Assembly (NCBI GenBank): GCA_030390025.1
Contig: CM059432.1
Coordinates: 52,082,001-52,146,000, forward strand
DNA length: 64,000 nt
Source: Squalus acanthias
Taxonomy: Eukaryota
Direction of reading: 5' to 3'
The notes beneath the pieces are model-generated. The model ran no database searches, was not told the origin of the DNA, and saw only the letters and a list, made by a program, of their open reading frames with translations. The position numbers were made by a program, and so were the translations under genes. Position 1 is the stretch's first letter, and the number at the start of each line of letters is the position of its first letter. Positions 12,676 to 25,932 of this stretch are shown here, piece after piece.

Positions 12676-13352
12676 AGCGACGATTTTAAATTTGTACGGA
12701 CAGGGGCCAAAACGGACGGCAAACTCACCTGACCTCAGCGTTGTGAGGCCTGGGAGATTTTAACTCCTTTGCCTCATCTGCATAGGACCTGCCCGAAACC
12801 GCAGAACGCAGCAGCTTCCCAACAGGTGGGAGCAAAATGTCAGGCTACAGGATGCCACCGCCAGGGACCAAACTAATGGTCTCCAGGACTCGAGTAAGTC
12901 ACCGGGAGTAGGTTCGGGAAGGCCTCGCAATTGGAGCTGGAGAAGGGGGGGGGAAAGAGAGGCCTACACGTTCCTTGTGCGGCCTGCACTTGTGTTCCTC
13001 CTGGTCCCACAAGGAAAGTTTAAAAAAAGTAAAACCACGTACCTTTCTGAGCCTCTTCTAGCCCCAACTCCTGTTCCTGCAAGGTTGGCCTGGCGGGAAA
13101 ACCACAATGGCTTCTCCACGCAGACCTCTGGTTAAAATAGCAGTTCGGCTCCCATGATGTCATCGGAACCCGATTTGCATATTTAAAGAAGGACCCTGCT
13201 ATTTCCTATGGGTATCCTTCACGCCTGCTGAGAAGAGCAAGTTAAAATCGGAACCATAGGGAAGAGTGGGACCTCGGCGGATAAGACCCATGGGCGGTTT
13301 TAACTGCCCACCTGCCCAGTTTCTGCCAGGAGGACAAGGTTAAAATCACCCC
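12676..13352. mobile_element. Non-autonomous Harbinger-type element
   Basis: GC/CpG-rich block with ends GCGACGATTTTAA ... TTAAAATCACCCC. Confidence 0.55.
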
Positions 13353-13654
13353 TTATTTCATCGTACCTTACATCCCCATTTACATTGTAGGGCAGATTGC
13401 ACAGTACTGGCTACAACAAACAACTGTGCCTGTTCAGTTGGTTGAAAGTAGTGAATTGCACTTCCTTCAATCACTGGAAAGCAATTGCACAGGTGAGCTG
13501 AAAGGCACATTTTGAATGTTTGGCTGACTGAATAAAAGCAAACATCCTAGTTTAATTAAATATGTACTGTTAAACAAAGTGCTGCTTTGTTTTTCTTTCT
13601 CTCTACATATTCTTTCTGTTGAACAATTAACTTTCCCTTTGCATATAATAAACA

Positions 13655-13905
13655 ACAACAACTTGTATTAATATCGCACCTTTAACGTAGTAAAACGTCC
13701 CAAGGCATTTCACAGGAGTATTATAAGACAAAAAATTTGTCACCGGGCCACATAAGGAGAAATTAGGGCAGGTGACCAAAAGCTTGGTCAAAGAGGTAGG
13801 TTTTAAGGAGCATCTTAAAAGGAGGAAAGAGAGGCAGAGAGGTTTAGGCAGGGAATTCCAGAGCTTAAGGCCTAGGCAGCTGAAGGCACGGCCATCAATG
13901 GTAGC
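13655..13905 (-). mobile_element. L2-type LINE 3' end
   Basis: IDGRAFSCLGLKLWNSLPK; homologous to 21928-22265. Confidence 0.75.
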
Positions 13906-15079
13906 TAGAAGCTGCAGTGCCCTGCTCATTTACTCTACATCACTGCTGTTGAAGCTGTTTGCGATCTGGTGGCAGCACTATAAAATAAAGGGATCATAAA
14001 ATTCTCTTTGTTAATTATGTTACCGTGTATATAACTCCTGCAAGCAAAACAAAAGATAATTTAGTAAATAATACATATCTAATTAAACCAGTGCTGTTTA
14101 TTGTCATCCATCAGCCAAGCATGCAAAGTATACTTGTAATGTTATTTACACATTTATCCCTTTGATTCTGGTGGAAATGCTGGGAGAGATAGCTGATGAA
14201 ATGTGTTCAGATAATGTGACCATTTTTGTGATAACCATGATATATAATTATACTGTCTATAGCATTCATTTTATTAAATAAATAATTCCTCAACTTACTT
14301 TTCTTTGACAGTACATGTTATGGCTTAACTAGAAAATTTCAGTTATAAGACCAATTCAGAATTACAGCCACTTGGGAATGAAACTTATTGCATGTACAGT
14401 AATATAAAGGACAATTTTGTTTATTCAAAAATTACTGCTAGACATGTTCATTCGGATACTGTTCATTAGTTTAAATGTTTAAATATGAACAACCATAAAA
14501 CTGAATCCTAGCTTCCCAGATGGCTCATCGAGTCACACAAACCAGGAAGGTCTCAGACTTGATCCTTGATCTGTGATGTGAGCTGTCCTCAGCCAGAGCA
14601 GCAGGGCTACCACTGCCTTCAGCTTCCCTGGGCAAGGAAGAGGATAAATTAGCTAGCATTAGCTGGTCTTGATTGCTATCCACTGATGCATGCTGGAAAG
14701 TGCATGTGCAGATGTCAAGGGAGGACAGGATGGGACTCAGCTGTGATGCTTTCCGAAGCCTGCCAGCACTCGCTCTCTAGGCTCACACAGAAAGAATGGC
14801 TACTATAGCTAATGTGCTGGTAAGCTGCTGACATGTGTGAAACCATATTCCACCGAGAGTCAGTAGCTTCAGGAAAGAAAGGAGAAAAGCAGGAGAACAA
14901 ACAAAATCTCGTTCAAAGAGGAATTCTCAGCATTAGACTCTTTTTGTTTTATTATTTAAAATGTATTTTCCTTGCCCCAGTTGTGATCTTCCTCCATCAT
15001 AAAGCAATGCCTCACTAAGAGAATGGACTCCTAACTCAATGCTAATGCTACACATCAATCAGATATTAATACATCTGTA

Positions 15080-15935
15080 AATAATAGAAGAAAGCAGAGA
15101 GTTGTATGGTTGTGAAATTTACTTCCAGGGTTAGTGGTTCAGGCAGAAACTATGCCAACATTCAAGATTAGATAGGTGGATGAAGAAAAATTGATAAAGG
15201 GATATGGGAACGGAGCAGGTAAACGTGGTTAGGATTGATTGCTCACGTGGAATGTAAACACCGACACAGACTGATTGGGCCAAATGGCCTGTTCTGTGTT
15301 GTAACTTCTATGTATGTATTTCTATGTAGTTCAATCTTAAATTTCATAAACATGGACACACAGCACAAAAATAAAGAGGTATTGCTCAACCTATACAAAT
15401 CACTGGTTAGGTCACAGTGGAATAAGCTGCCCAGTTTTGGGCACCTTACTTTAGGAACAATGAACAGGGTGAAGAAGAGATTCACTAAAATGATACCAGT
15501 GATGACAGGCTTTAGTTATCAGGAAAGAGTAGAGAAACAAGGACTCTTTTGATTAGAGCAGAGAAGGTTAAGAGGAAATCTAGCAGAGGTGTTTAAAATT
15601 TGAAGGGTTTGATAATGTAAATAGGGAAAAACTATTTACACTGATTGGTGAGTCGGTAACTAGGGGCATAAATTTAGATCAGCATCAAAGAACAGAGGGA
15701 TTAGAAGATTTTTTTATACGCATAGAGTTGTTAGGACATGAAATATCCTACCAGAAACAGTGGAGGAAGCAGAATCCATAATAGCTTTAAAAAGGGAAGT
15801 GGATAAATATTTGAAAAGGAAAAACTTAAAATAGTATGGGGAAAGGGCAGGAAAATGGGACTAAGTGGATAGATCTTCGAGAGCCAACACAGAAACAATG
15901 GACCAAATGGCTTCCTTCTGTACTGTAAAATTCAA
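15080..15935 (+). mobile_element. Two degenerate CR1 3' fragments in tandem
   Basis: KNKEVLLNLYKSLVR, KRFTKMIP; two 3' UTR ends (~15310, ~15930). Confidence 0.75.
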
Positions 15936-16724
15936 TGAATTGTATTTGTCTTCAAAACTTGGAGCGCCGGTGTGTTTGTGCCTTCAGATAACCAAAATGC
16001 CAATTCTAGCAACATTTCACAGCTGGGTTGACTGATAATTGAAGGAAAGAAGAATGCTCTTTTGATAGCTCTGTGGCTAATTGCACCTCCCAATGTAATA
16101 CTCAGATGCACAGAATTAAAAGTTCCCAGCTTTGATCTCTGGTCTATGCTAATCTCATGCTGCATTTGGCTCACATTCGGCTCACTGCTGACAGCCTTGA
16201 TTTTGACAAATGGCCTCCAAAGGAGCAAATACCCGCCTCAAAAGATGTTTTTTTTCCCCCACAGTTAGAGGCAGCTCAGCAGTAGCAGCAGAGTAAATGG
16301 CTGTCAGTACTGAATGCAGAAGGACTCAGCTTGCTTGCCTGTAAGAGCCTTCACCACCCATCAGAAAAGTTCCAGCAGAAATTAAAGTTGCAATTGTGGC
16401 TTTCAAACAATTGTACGTTCCTAGTTGTTTGTGTATTGATGTTAGCACTGTGGAATCACCATACAATGCAAACTGTGTGGATCCCACAGCATGGGGATCC
16501 CAGCATGTAAGAAAACCACTTCAACTAGAAGCAGTTCTGGAATGTAATCTTGACATTAGCTGGTTTTAACTGGGAAGCTACAATTGACATCAATGCCTCT
16601 GGGCTAGAAAGAGAGACAAAAATTGCCAAGATACACACTTCTAATTGCTATCGAGTGACTATGGAATTTGCGTGAGTGCATAGCTTCTGACACAGAGCTG
16701 TCCCAGTATGGAACGCTTTTTTAT

Positions 16725-17200
16725 AGGATTACATAGGATATACAGCTCAGAAACAGGCCATTTGGCCCAACAAGTCCATGCCGGCATTAATGCTCCACTC
16801 GAGTCTCCTCCCGTCTTTCCTCATCTAACTCTATCAGCATAACCCTCCATTCCCTTCTCCTCATATGCTTATCGAGCTTCCCCTTAGATGGATCTATACT
16901 ATTCGCTTCAACCACTCCCTGTGGTAGCGAGTTCCACATTCTCACCACTCTCTGGGTAAAGAAGTTTCTTCTGAATTCCCTATTTGATTTCTTGGTGACT
17001 ATTTTATATTGATGGCTTCTAGTTTAGCACTTGTCACAGAATGTAGTTATGGCTACCTTTAAAGAAAGAGTAAATAACCATTTGAAGCAGGGGAAGGTAC
17101 AGGGCTTTAGGGAGAGTGCGGGACAGTGGGATTACTTCTGGATTGCACCAGGAAAAATAAGGAGGAACAGACAGGGTGGGTTGAACATCAATGGTTCTAT
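16725..17200. mobile_element. CR1 3' end on minus (16725-17030) joined to a plus-strand CR1 3' fragment
   Basis: Reverse complement resembles 21060-21340; plus part has ATFKERVNNHLK and 3' UTR. Confidence 0.7.
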
Positions 17201-17539
17201 GATATATTCCATAGACAAACAGCCTGCCAAGATTTAATCTAGACTCACAAAGAAAAGCTACTTGGCCGGTAGTACCAAAGAGCTGTTGGCATCAGGGAAC
17301 TAACAATACCCGAGCATGTATCAGCAATTTAAGAGAGAGCAAATGGAAGGGAGGAGGGGACAATTAAAGGACAAGAAAGCGAGAAAACAGAAATTAGATT
17401 GACAAAAGGACAGATTCAGAGAGAGCACATATTAAATGGAGTCAGAGACAAAAATTTCCCCTCCCTGTAATTTATACATGAAGCCAATATTCTAGTCCCC
17501 TCCCAAATCAAAAACTTACAGCGGTGTAAAAACCATCTC

Positions 17540-17760
17540 CTGCTCTTCAGCCTCACCACGTTCTGCCTGTCCCGGGAGGCCACGTGACTCCGCCGCGCCG
17601 TTACCTGGCGACAGGCTGTGCGGTCGCTAGGCAGCGCGCTTGTCACCTCCCAGTAGTGCAACGGTGATTGGCTGCAGCGCGAACCGGCGGCAACATTGTC
17701 CCAGCTTGAGCGGCTCGTGTCTCCTCCTATCCCCAGGGTCTGCATGCGTTTGAACCCTCT
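17540..17760. promoter_or_regulatory. CpG-island promoter with E-box, two RFX X-box-like sites and inverted CCAAT
   Basis: High CpG density in non-repeat DNA; CACGTG 17581-17586; GTTACCTGGCGAC 17600-17612; GTCGCTAGGCAGC 17623-17635; ATTGG 17667-17671. Confidence 0.65.
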
Positions 17761-19332
17761 GTGGAGTTGCATCCCCCACCACAAAAAACAGCAGAGAGAG
17801 AAAACACATTGTCCAGTCAGTCACTTTCCTGATGGCAACAGTCACTAATCCAGGTGGGAATCCAGTTTGTCTTGGTATTTTCATTTTATAGTTACGAGTA
17901 GCTATTAATTCAAATGAATTCATTGACTGTGGACATTAAACGTTAAGTAAAATCTACAGACCGTATGTGAACTGATGCTGCCGCGGCACGACGTTGAAAA
18001 GCTGCTGATAGAGGTTGAAAGAAAATGAAAGGTGATGAGAAAAGACACGGGATTGGAATGTGTAAGTACTGGTCCATCTTTGGAAACATACTGAGGAAAA
18101 GGGTTTAGGAACATAAAGTGAAATCCGACGATGAACCAAAACGTTGAGCCGCGATTAGTTTGGGGGCTAAAAAAGAACACAATGAATTATGAATCTAGGC
18201 GCAAGACTGACCATGATGCATACAAAGCTAAGGTCAAAAAGTATGATTGCTGATTACGATCTGTGCATCACATTCCTAGATTAAACATGTAGGGAAAAGG
18301 AATATAATTGGAATAAAGTTTTCTGATGTACATCAGGACGTGAGTAGGCACGTTCCACTGTTTTAATTAATCATTATATAAGCATAATAAGGTTTAAAAT
18401 AATGATTGAGGAATATATAAGACAAAGACAAAAGTAAAAGATTGGAAAAAGCTAATTTTGAGGGGATGAGAATGGAACTAGGGAAGGTAAACTGGAAAAA
18501 AAATGACAAAGGGACAAAACGGCAGTGGGAAATATTTAAAATGGTGATCAACAGAGTTCAGGAGAAATATAGCCCGCTAATAAAACCAAGGACAAACTAG
18601 CCAATCATGAAACATCATGGATGAATAAAGAGATAAGGGTAAAATTGAAACTAAAAAGGCATGCACTAAGTACCTAGGCGATAAAGGAGAGGATAACGAA
18701 AAAGAATACAAAGAGGTTAGGAAAGAAGTCAAAAAACAATTAGGAAAGCAAAGAGGAACTACAGAATTAAGTTAAAGTATTCTACAGACACAACTAACAA
18801 AAGAAAAAGTGAGATATGGATCGGGCCACTAAGGGATGCACAACATAAACTCACAGGTAATGACATCAAACTGGCAGAAATATTGAACAATTACTTTGTC
18901 ACATTATTTAAAAGGAAGATTAATATGGTGGACATGACATTAGAAGACGAATCAAAAAAGATATAAAGACATTTAAGATTAAAGGGGGAAGATAATTGAT
19001 AAACTAATCAAACTTAGAGAAGATAAAACATCTGGTCCAGATGGATTGTATCCACATATTAAAAGAAGTTAGAGAAGAAATAGCAGAGGCACTATTACAT
19101 ATTTATAAAAATTAATTAGAAAAGGGAATAGTGCCAGAGGACTGGCGCCTGGCGAACATGTAATGTTATTCCTATATTTAAAAAGGGAGATAGAACAAGA
19201 GCACGGAACTATAGACCAGTTAGCTTAACATTGGTAGTAGGAAAGAAATGGATCTTTACTCAAAGATGTAATAGAAAAACATCTAGAAACTGAAAATATA
19301 ATAGAGAAGTCAGCACAGCTTTCAAAAGGGAA

Positions 19333-20080
19333 AAAAGTGAGAAGTCGCACAACACCAGGTTATAGTCCAACAGTTTTATTTGAAATCACAAGCTTTCAGA
19401 GCGCTGCTCCTTCGTCAGGTGAAGTAAAGGAATACAAATCGACAAAGCATATATAGATAGAGAACAATGCATGTGTAGCGTACAATGGCAGACGACTACA
19501 GTTAATCCTCCTGACTGCCTTTTGTCACACCTCGGCAGAGAAACAATCAGGTCAGCCAGGAAGGCACCACATCAAAGACATAGCAAGATACAACTGAGAC
19601 AATGAGGTGGGGTTACAGGGGGTCTAATGTGTCAAAAGCTGCAGTCTGTATGGAAAACGATAAACGTTAAAATTTTTACTTTTTTTTACTGGAAATCACA
19701 TCTGTGAACAAGCCAACGACGACTCAAGTCTGGATGACTCTACGTCATGTATCGTGACATGAACCCTAGATCCCGGTTGAGGCCGTCCTCATGAGTGTGG
19801 AACTTGGCTATCAGTTTCTGCTCGATGATTTTGCGTTGTCGTGTGTCTCTAAGGCAGCCTTGGAGAACGCTTACCCGCAGATCCGAGGCTGAATGTCCTT
19901 GACTGCTGAAGTGTTCCCCGACTGGGAGGGAACACTCCTGCCTGGCGATTGTTGCGTGGTGTCCGTTCATACGTTGTCTCAGTGTCTGCATGGTCTCGCC
20001 GATGTACCATGCTCTGGGGCATCCTTTCCTGCAACGTATCAGGTAGTCAACGTTGGCCGAGTCACATGAAAACGCTGAGA
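19333..20080 (-). mobile_element. Penelope-like element (family A) with GIY-YIG endonuclease end
   Basis: NVDYLIRCRKGCPRAWYIGETMQTLRQRMNGH..PVGEHF..EQKLIAKF..GLN; 12-bp TSD TTCAAAAGGGAA (19321-19332, 20081-20092). Confidence 0.92.
19386..19422 (-). ncRNA. Minimal hammerhead ribozyme (PLE family A)
   Basis: UCAC-CUGACGA-A-GGAGC-agc-GCUCU-GAAA-GC-UU-GUGA (one G-U pair in helix II). Confidence 0.75.
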
Positions 20081-21927
20081 TTCAAAAGGGAAGGTCATGC
20101 TTGACCAACGTTATTGAATTATTTGAAGAAGTAGACAAGGGTAATGTAGTAGATGTAATATATTTGGATTTTCAAAAGGCCTTTGCTAAGGTACCGCATA
20201 GTAGACTCATGACTAAGATCAGAGCATGTCGAGTCAGGGGACAAGTAGCAGAATGGATAGCAAGCTGGCTACAAAACAGAAAACAGAAAGTAGGGGTTAA
20301 GGGTAGTTTCTCAGACTGGCAAAAGGTGGGAAGTAGTGTTCCACAGGGATCAGTGCTGGGACCACTGTTATTCACCTGATACGTAAACAATTTGGACTCG
20401 GGAATCGGAAGTACAAGTTCAAAATTTGCGGATGACACCAAATTGCGGGGTATGGTTAATATGGAGGAAGACTGCGACAAAATACAGGAAGACATTAATA
20501 AACCTGCAGAATGGGTATGTAATTAGAAAATTAATTTCAATATAGATAAATGTGAGGTGGTGCATCTTGGTAGGAAGAATAAGGAGGCCACATACTCCTT
20601 GGAAAATAAGAGTCTAAATGAGGTAGAGGAGCAAAGGGATCTAGTGGTACAGATACACAAATCACCAAAATGCAGGTTAATAAGGCCATAAAAATGCAAA
20701 CAAAGCACTGGGGTTCATTTCTAGAGGGATAGAATTGAAAAGCAGAGAAGTTATGTTAAATTTGTATAGAACCTAGGTTAGACTACACTTGGAGTACTGT
20801 GCACAGTTCTGGTGTCCATATTATGAAATGGATACAGAGGCACTGGAGAAGGTGCAAAAAAGATTTACAAGGATTATAGCCGAACTGAGAGGTTATACCT
20901 ATCAGAAAAGATTGAACAGGCTGGGGCTCTTTTCTCTAGGAAAGAGAAGGCTGATGGATGACCTGATAGAGGTCTTTAAGATTATGAAAGGGTTTGATAG
21001 GGTCGACGTAGAGAAGATGTTTCTACGTGTGGGGGAGATCAAAACTAGGGGTCAGAAATATACAATAGTCACTAATAAATCCACTAGGGAATTCAGTAGA
21101 AACTTCTTTACCCAGAGAGTGGTTAGAATGTGTAACTCACTACCACAAGGAGTAGTTGAGGCAAATAGCATAGATACATTTAAGGGGAAGTTTGATAAAC
21201 ACATGAGGGAGAAAGGAATAGAAGGTTATGCTGATAGGGTTAGATGAAGAGGGGTGGGAGGAGGCTTGTGTGGAACATAAACACCGGCATTGACCCTTTG
21301 GAGTGAATGGCCTGTTTCTGTGCCGTACATTCTATGTAATGTAAAACATTTTTTATCTATGCATATAAGTGATAACTGATAAGAAAATGTCATTATACCC
21401 TTTTTTAGTTTCATTGATTGATATTTACAAGCTTTGCACAAAATAGAAAAATACAGGAAAAGTGCAATCTTCCGACTGTGTAGTTCTTTTATTAGGTTCC
21501 AGCTTTCTGACAAATATCGACATATTCTACTTAGACACACTATTGGTTTTCTAACATTCAAACACATGCTTGCCTGTACTGCTGTATATGTTAAACAGTG
21601 GTTAAAGCGAATTTGTTAAGGAGTATGTGTCCCGCATCCTTATTGCCTGTGTACATTTGCCTCCGTCACTTTGCTGATGTTTACATTTGTATGAAAATTG
21701 ACAGTATATTGCTCACCCAGTGACATAGTCCATAAATGCAAGTCCTGGTGTGGGAGTGAGACCTAGAATGTTCAAGGTATAGATCTATCGTCTGCTGATT
21801 TTATCTTATCTTAGTTGGGGCAGGAGTAGAGGTGCTACAATTAGTTTTGGAGTCATGAGAAAGAAAAAGAAAAGAAAGACTTGCATTTATATTGCACCTT
21901 TCACGACCACCGGACGAAAAAAAATTA

Positions 21928-22265
21928 CAGGTTACATTGACTTGCATTTATATAGCGCCTTTAATGTAGTAAAATATCCCAAAGTGCTTCACAGGAGCGT
22001 AATCAGACAAAAATTGGCACTGAGCCAAAGAAGAAAACATTAGGACAGGTGGAGGTAGGTTTTAAGGAGGGTCTTAAAGGAGGAGATAGAAGCGGAGAGG
22101 TTTAGGGAGGGATTTCCAGAGCTTAGGGCCTAGACAGCTGAAGGCACGGCCGTCAATGGTGGGGTGAAGGAAGTGGGGAATGGAGAAGAGGCCGGAGTTG
22201 GAGGAACAGCGGGTTCTCGGAGGGTTGTAGAGCTGGAGGAGGTTACAGAGCACATGGAGGAATTT
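21928..22265 (-). mobile_element. L2-type LINE 3' end
   Basis: LQLYNPPRT..SSNSGL..IDGRAFSCLGPKLWKSLPK. Confidence 0.8.
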
Positions 22266-22304
22266 GAACATCTGCAATAGCAAGTGTGAGGCGCTAACAG
22301 ACCT

Positions 22305-24290
22305 AGGCCTGCAAATTGGATAAGGCCCGAAAACAGGGGGTGCCACCGCAGGGCGAGATTTGCTTGCGCCCGTTAAAAGATCGCAGGCAGCACGTTATTT
22401 TGGTGCTGCCTGCAGATTTGAATGATGTCAGCGCACAGTCCAGCGCCGAACGTACTGCTTCAGGCTGTGTGCTCAGCAGGAGGCCCAATGTCACATCCCT
22501 GGAGCGAGGCTGCCTTTTCTTAAAGCAAGGCATAATTTTAGAAAGCAGCTTCGAGCCCTTAAAGGGGAACTGCCTTCCGGAAAAAAAACATTCAAAAATA
22601 GGCAGTCTCTAGCCCTTATAGCTCAACTGCATTCTGAAAAAAAAATCAAAATCATTCAAACTATGCAGTCTTCAGCTCTTAAAACGAAACTGCATTCTGC
22701 ATGTAATAAATGGTAAAAGTGCTTCAGCACTAACACAAATAGGTCAACAGGCCAGGGAAAGGGCACTCAGGGTTTTGGATGCAGCACTCCAGCTTTGTGC
22801 AGGGGCCAACAGAGGTCCTCTACCCACAGGGGGCCAGGAGGCCCTTCAGAAAGAAGGATGTGGGACCAAATCGCCGAGGCGGTCACTGCCAGCAGTGTCG
22901 CCCCCCCGCAGGACCTGGCTCCAGTGCCCAAAGAAGTTTCATGACCTCAGAGAAGTGGTCAAGGTCAGTGATTGCATCTTCTAAAGCCGCCTACTACCAA
23001 CTACATGATTCGCCTCACACACTGCTGAATGCATGACCCCCCCCCCCATCCCCATCACTCACCTACCAACAATCTGTACCAAACATGAGGCACACCTCCC
23101 ATTCCTAGCCTCACCTCACCCCCTTTTGAGGAGGCGGTGCTGGCCATTCTTGGCAGGAGTGTGGCTGAGCCCTTGGCCAGCGGTGGGGCTGAAAGGCTAC
23201 AAGATGCTGGCATCCTCAAACATTATCCTCCTTCTCGCATGAACCTGTTGCTTTCCCTCCCTTCCCTCACCACAACTCAACCCTTTTGCCTTCCTCATTT
23301 CACACACCCAAGAAATACAGCCTGCCCAGCCAGTGGTTGACCAAGAAGAGGGGGAGGAGAGTGAAGAAGAAGAAGAAGAAGAAACACTGTCACTTGATTT
23401 GACACTCCCAGCCACCAGCTCCTCAAGGTCAACCAGCAAGGCCATTTGCAGTGTCCCCCACTGAAAATCAGCAGCCTTCCAGCATTGGTGCTGCAGCCAC
23501 TTGGGTAGCACTGCGTGACATCAGTAGGATAGGCAAAGGCACATATAAGACAGTCACTAAGGGAATGCATAAGGTGGTGAGTTGATTTCTTGATGTCATA
23601 TTGGATGGATAGATGTATAAAGTTGGTTTGGAATGTTTGCTTTGTGGTGGCTTTTATTTCAGCAGACCAAGAGGATGCTGTGATGGTCAGTAACAGAGGG
23701 AAGGTAAGGTGTGGACAAATGTTGAAAGGGGAATTGGAGTTGTGGTCACTGGTACCGCAGGTGGATGATTCCATCCCGGATATCCCGGCCAGAAAGGGGC
23801 TGTCTGGGTTGCTTCCTCCTCTTCAGCTTCCTCCTCTTCTGCATCTTCCTCTTCCCTCTGCGAGCTGATGCTGTAAATCTGAAATGAAAGCATAAAGGCA
23901 GCATCCGTGGAGAGAAAAACAGAGTTCATGTCTCAGGCCGAGATGTTGCCTGACCTGCTGAGTATTTATCGCACTTTCTGTCTTCTCAGAGGCCTTCCTT
24001 TACCATCTAAGGCCTTGCAAGTGTCCAGCAGCACTCCCTGCACACTTAAAAAACTTTTAACATGTGCTGCACCAAGCCACTACTTCAATAAAATAAAAAA
24101 AATTCCAGTCCAAAGCTTAAATGCAAACTTAACCGAAAGATTTGTGTGTCCCTTTAAGAGGTGTTGGTAGCGTCTCTGTCAGTCTGCTGAACGCTGGGTT
24201 TTCATAGCGAGCTTAGGACTCAGTGCTAAGGTCGAAATTCGCTGAGATGACATTAAGTCAGCGTGATGTCACCCCCTCTTAATTTACATT
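22305..24290. mobile_element. Degenerate internally deleted Harbinger element with Myb exon 1 remnant (+, ~22750-22962)
   Basis: PQGARRP..WDQIAEAVTASSV..RTWLQCPKKFHDLREVVK followed by GTCAGT; acidic remnants; boundaries approximate. Confidence 0.65.
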
Positions 24291-24334
24291 TCCAGGGCCA
24301 GAACTGCTATCAGTGTGCAGAACACCACCCCCCC

Positions 24335-24850
24335 ACCCACCCCCCCACCAGTTCCTGACCTTCTCTCCCCCTCCCCAGTTCCTGACCTTCTCTCCCCGTC
24401 TCAGTTCCTGACCTTCTCTCCGCCACACCCCCCCCCCACCACGCCAGTTCCGAACCTTCTCAGCCCCCCCCCAGTTCCTGACCTTCTCTCCCCTCCCAGT
24501 TCCTGACCTTCACTCCCCCTTCCCCCAGTTCCTGACCTCCCCCCCCAGTTCCTGACATTCTCCGCCCCCCCCAGTTCCTGACCTCTCCTGCCCCCACCCC
24601 CTGTTTCTGACCTTCTCTTCCCCCCAGTTCCTGACCTTCTCTGCCCCCCTCCCCCCAGTTCCTGACCTTCCCTCCCCCCAGTTCCTGACCTTCCCTTCCC
24701 CCAGTTCCTGACCTTCTCTCCCCTCCCAGTTCCTGACCTTCTCTCCCCCCAGATCCTGACCTCCTCTCCCCTCCGATTCCCCCTCTCTCTCCCCCTCCGA
24801 TTCCCTCTCTCTCTCTCTCTCTCTCTCTCTCCCCCTCCGATCCTCTTTTC
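24335..24850. repeat. C-rich minisatellite (core CCCCAGTTCCTGACCTTCTCTCC) grading into CCGATTCCCTCTCT/(CT)n
   Basis: Roughly 20 degenerate tandem copies visible. Confidence 0.9.
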
Positions 24851-25611
24851 CACCCCCGGCCAGCACGGATCCAGTGACGGGCCTTCTCCCACGGAGCTTA
24901 AGGAAAGTGTGGCCCACGCTGCACTGCAGGCCACAACTGTTGGGTACTGCGTGTGCGCGGCCTTGGTAAATAGTGCGCATGCGCAGGAGGGGATCAGTTG
25001 CACAGGAGGGGATCAGTTGCGCAGGAGGGGATCAGTTGTGCATGCGCAGAAGGCCACAAAAATCTTCGTGCAGATAATCACTTTGAATTTATATAGCACC
25101 TTCAATATAGGAAAACGAGCCAAGGTGCTTGGATGCATTGTTATCCCATCATACTACATTAATTTAGAGAGATCTTGTAGAAACATTTGTTCTGTCTTTT
25201 GGAGCTGTTTCTGAAGGTAGAACTATATTTTCCTGTATTGCAAAACTAGTAATCAATGAATCTGAAACGTGACATGTCTCGTGAAAGCATTTACGGACAA
25301 TCACCCTAATTGCACCTTAGTAATGGGCTCTTCGGCACTTATTAATGGGCCCTTCGGCAAAGTACTAGAGGGTAACCTGTGCAACCAAGCCCAGCAAGGA
25401 GTCAACACTTTTAGGAGGAGAGTAGAGAAAATTGCACAAATATGTATCTTCGATTTTTTTCAGTGCCCTTCACTGGCATTGATCAGGATATGGCATCAGT
25501 GTAACAATTAGTTTTGCCCTCAGTCTACCCTTACAGTGAGAAATGTGGTATTCACATTGCTGACTTGTACGGCGCTATCTCCAACATTGGTGGAAAATCT
25601 ATGGTCAGAAG

Positions 25612-25778
25612 CAGTGTTCCTCCTAAGGTGTGCGGCTGCGCAGTAATCTCAAAGGTCCCGCGTAGGCCGATCACCAACTTCTACATTGTAAGTACCGCGC
25701 ATGCACAGAAATTTAAAGGGACCGCACATTAAAAGAAACAGACCGCATAGAACAAAGCGCAGCTTACAGGGAACATTG
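25612..25778. mobile_element. hAT-type MITE
   Basis: TIRs CAGTGTTCC / CAATGTTCC; 8-bp TSD GTCAGAAG/GTCACAAG; related to 41836-41940. Confidence 0.75.
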
Positions 25779-25932
25779 GTCACAAGCACAAAGTCATAAA
25801 TATGATTTAAGAAACTGCATCACATAACATTGCGCAGGTACATTTTTTGAAGTGTTACCACTGGGTTCCGAATATGCTCAGGGCAAATTCAGAATTTTCC
25901 AGTAATATGAATGTAGTATCAGCGAACATTGA

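Larger units (their letters stand above)
18395..21340 (+). mobile_element. Older AT-rich CR1 ORF2 fragment interrupted by a PLE
   Basis: YLDFQKAFAKVPH, VPQGSVLGPLLF, EYCAQFWCPYY..LEKVQKRFTR; many stops; CR1 3' UTR. Confidence 0.9.
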
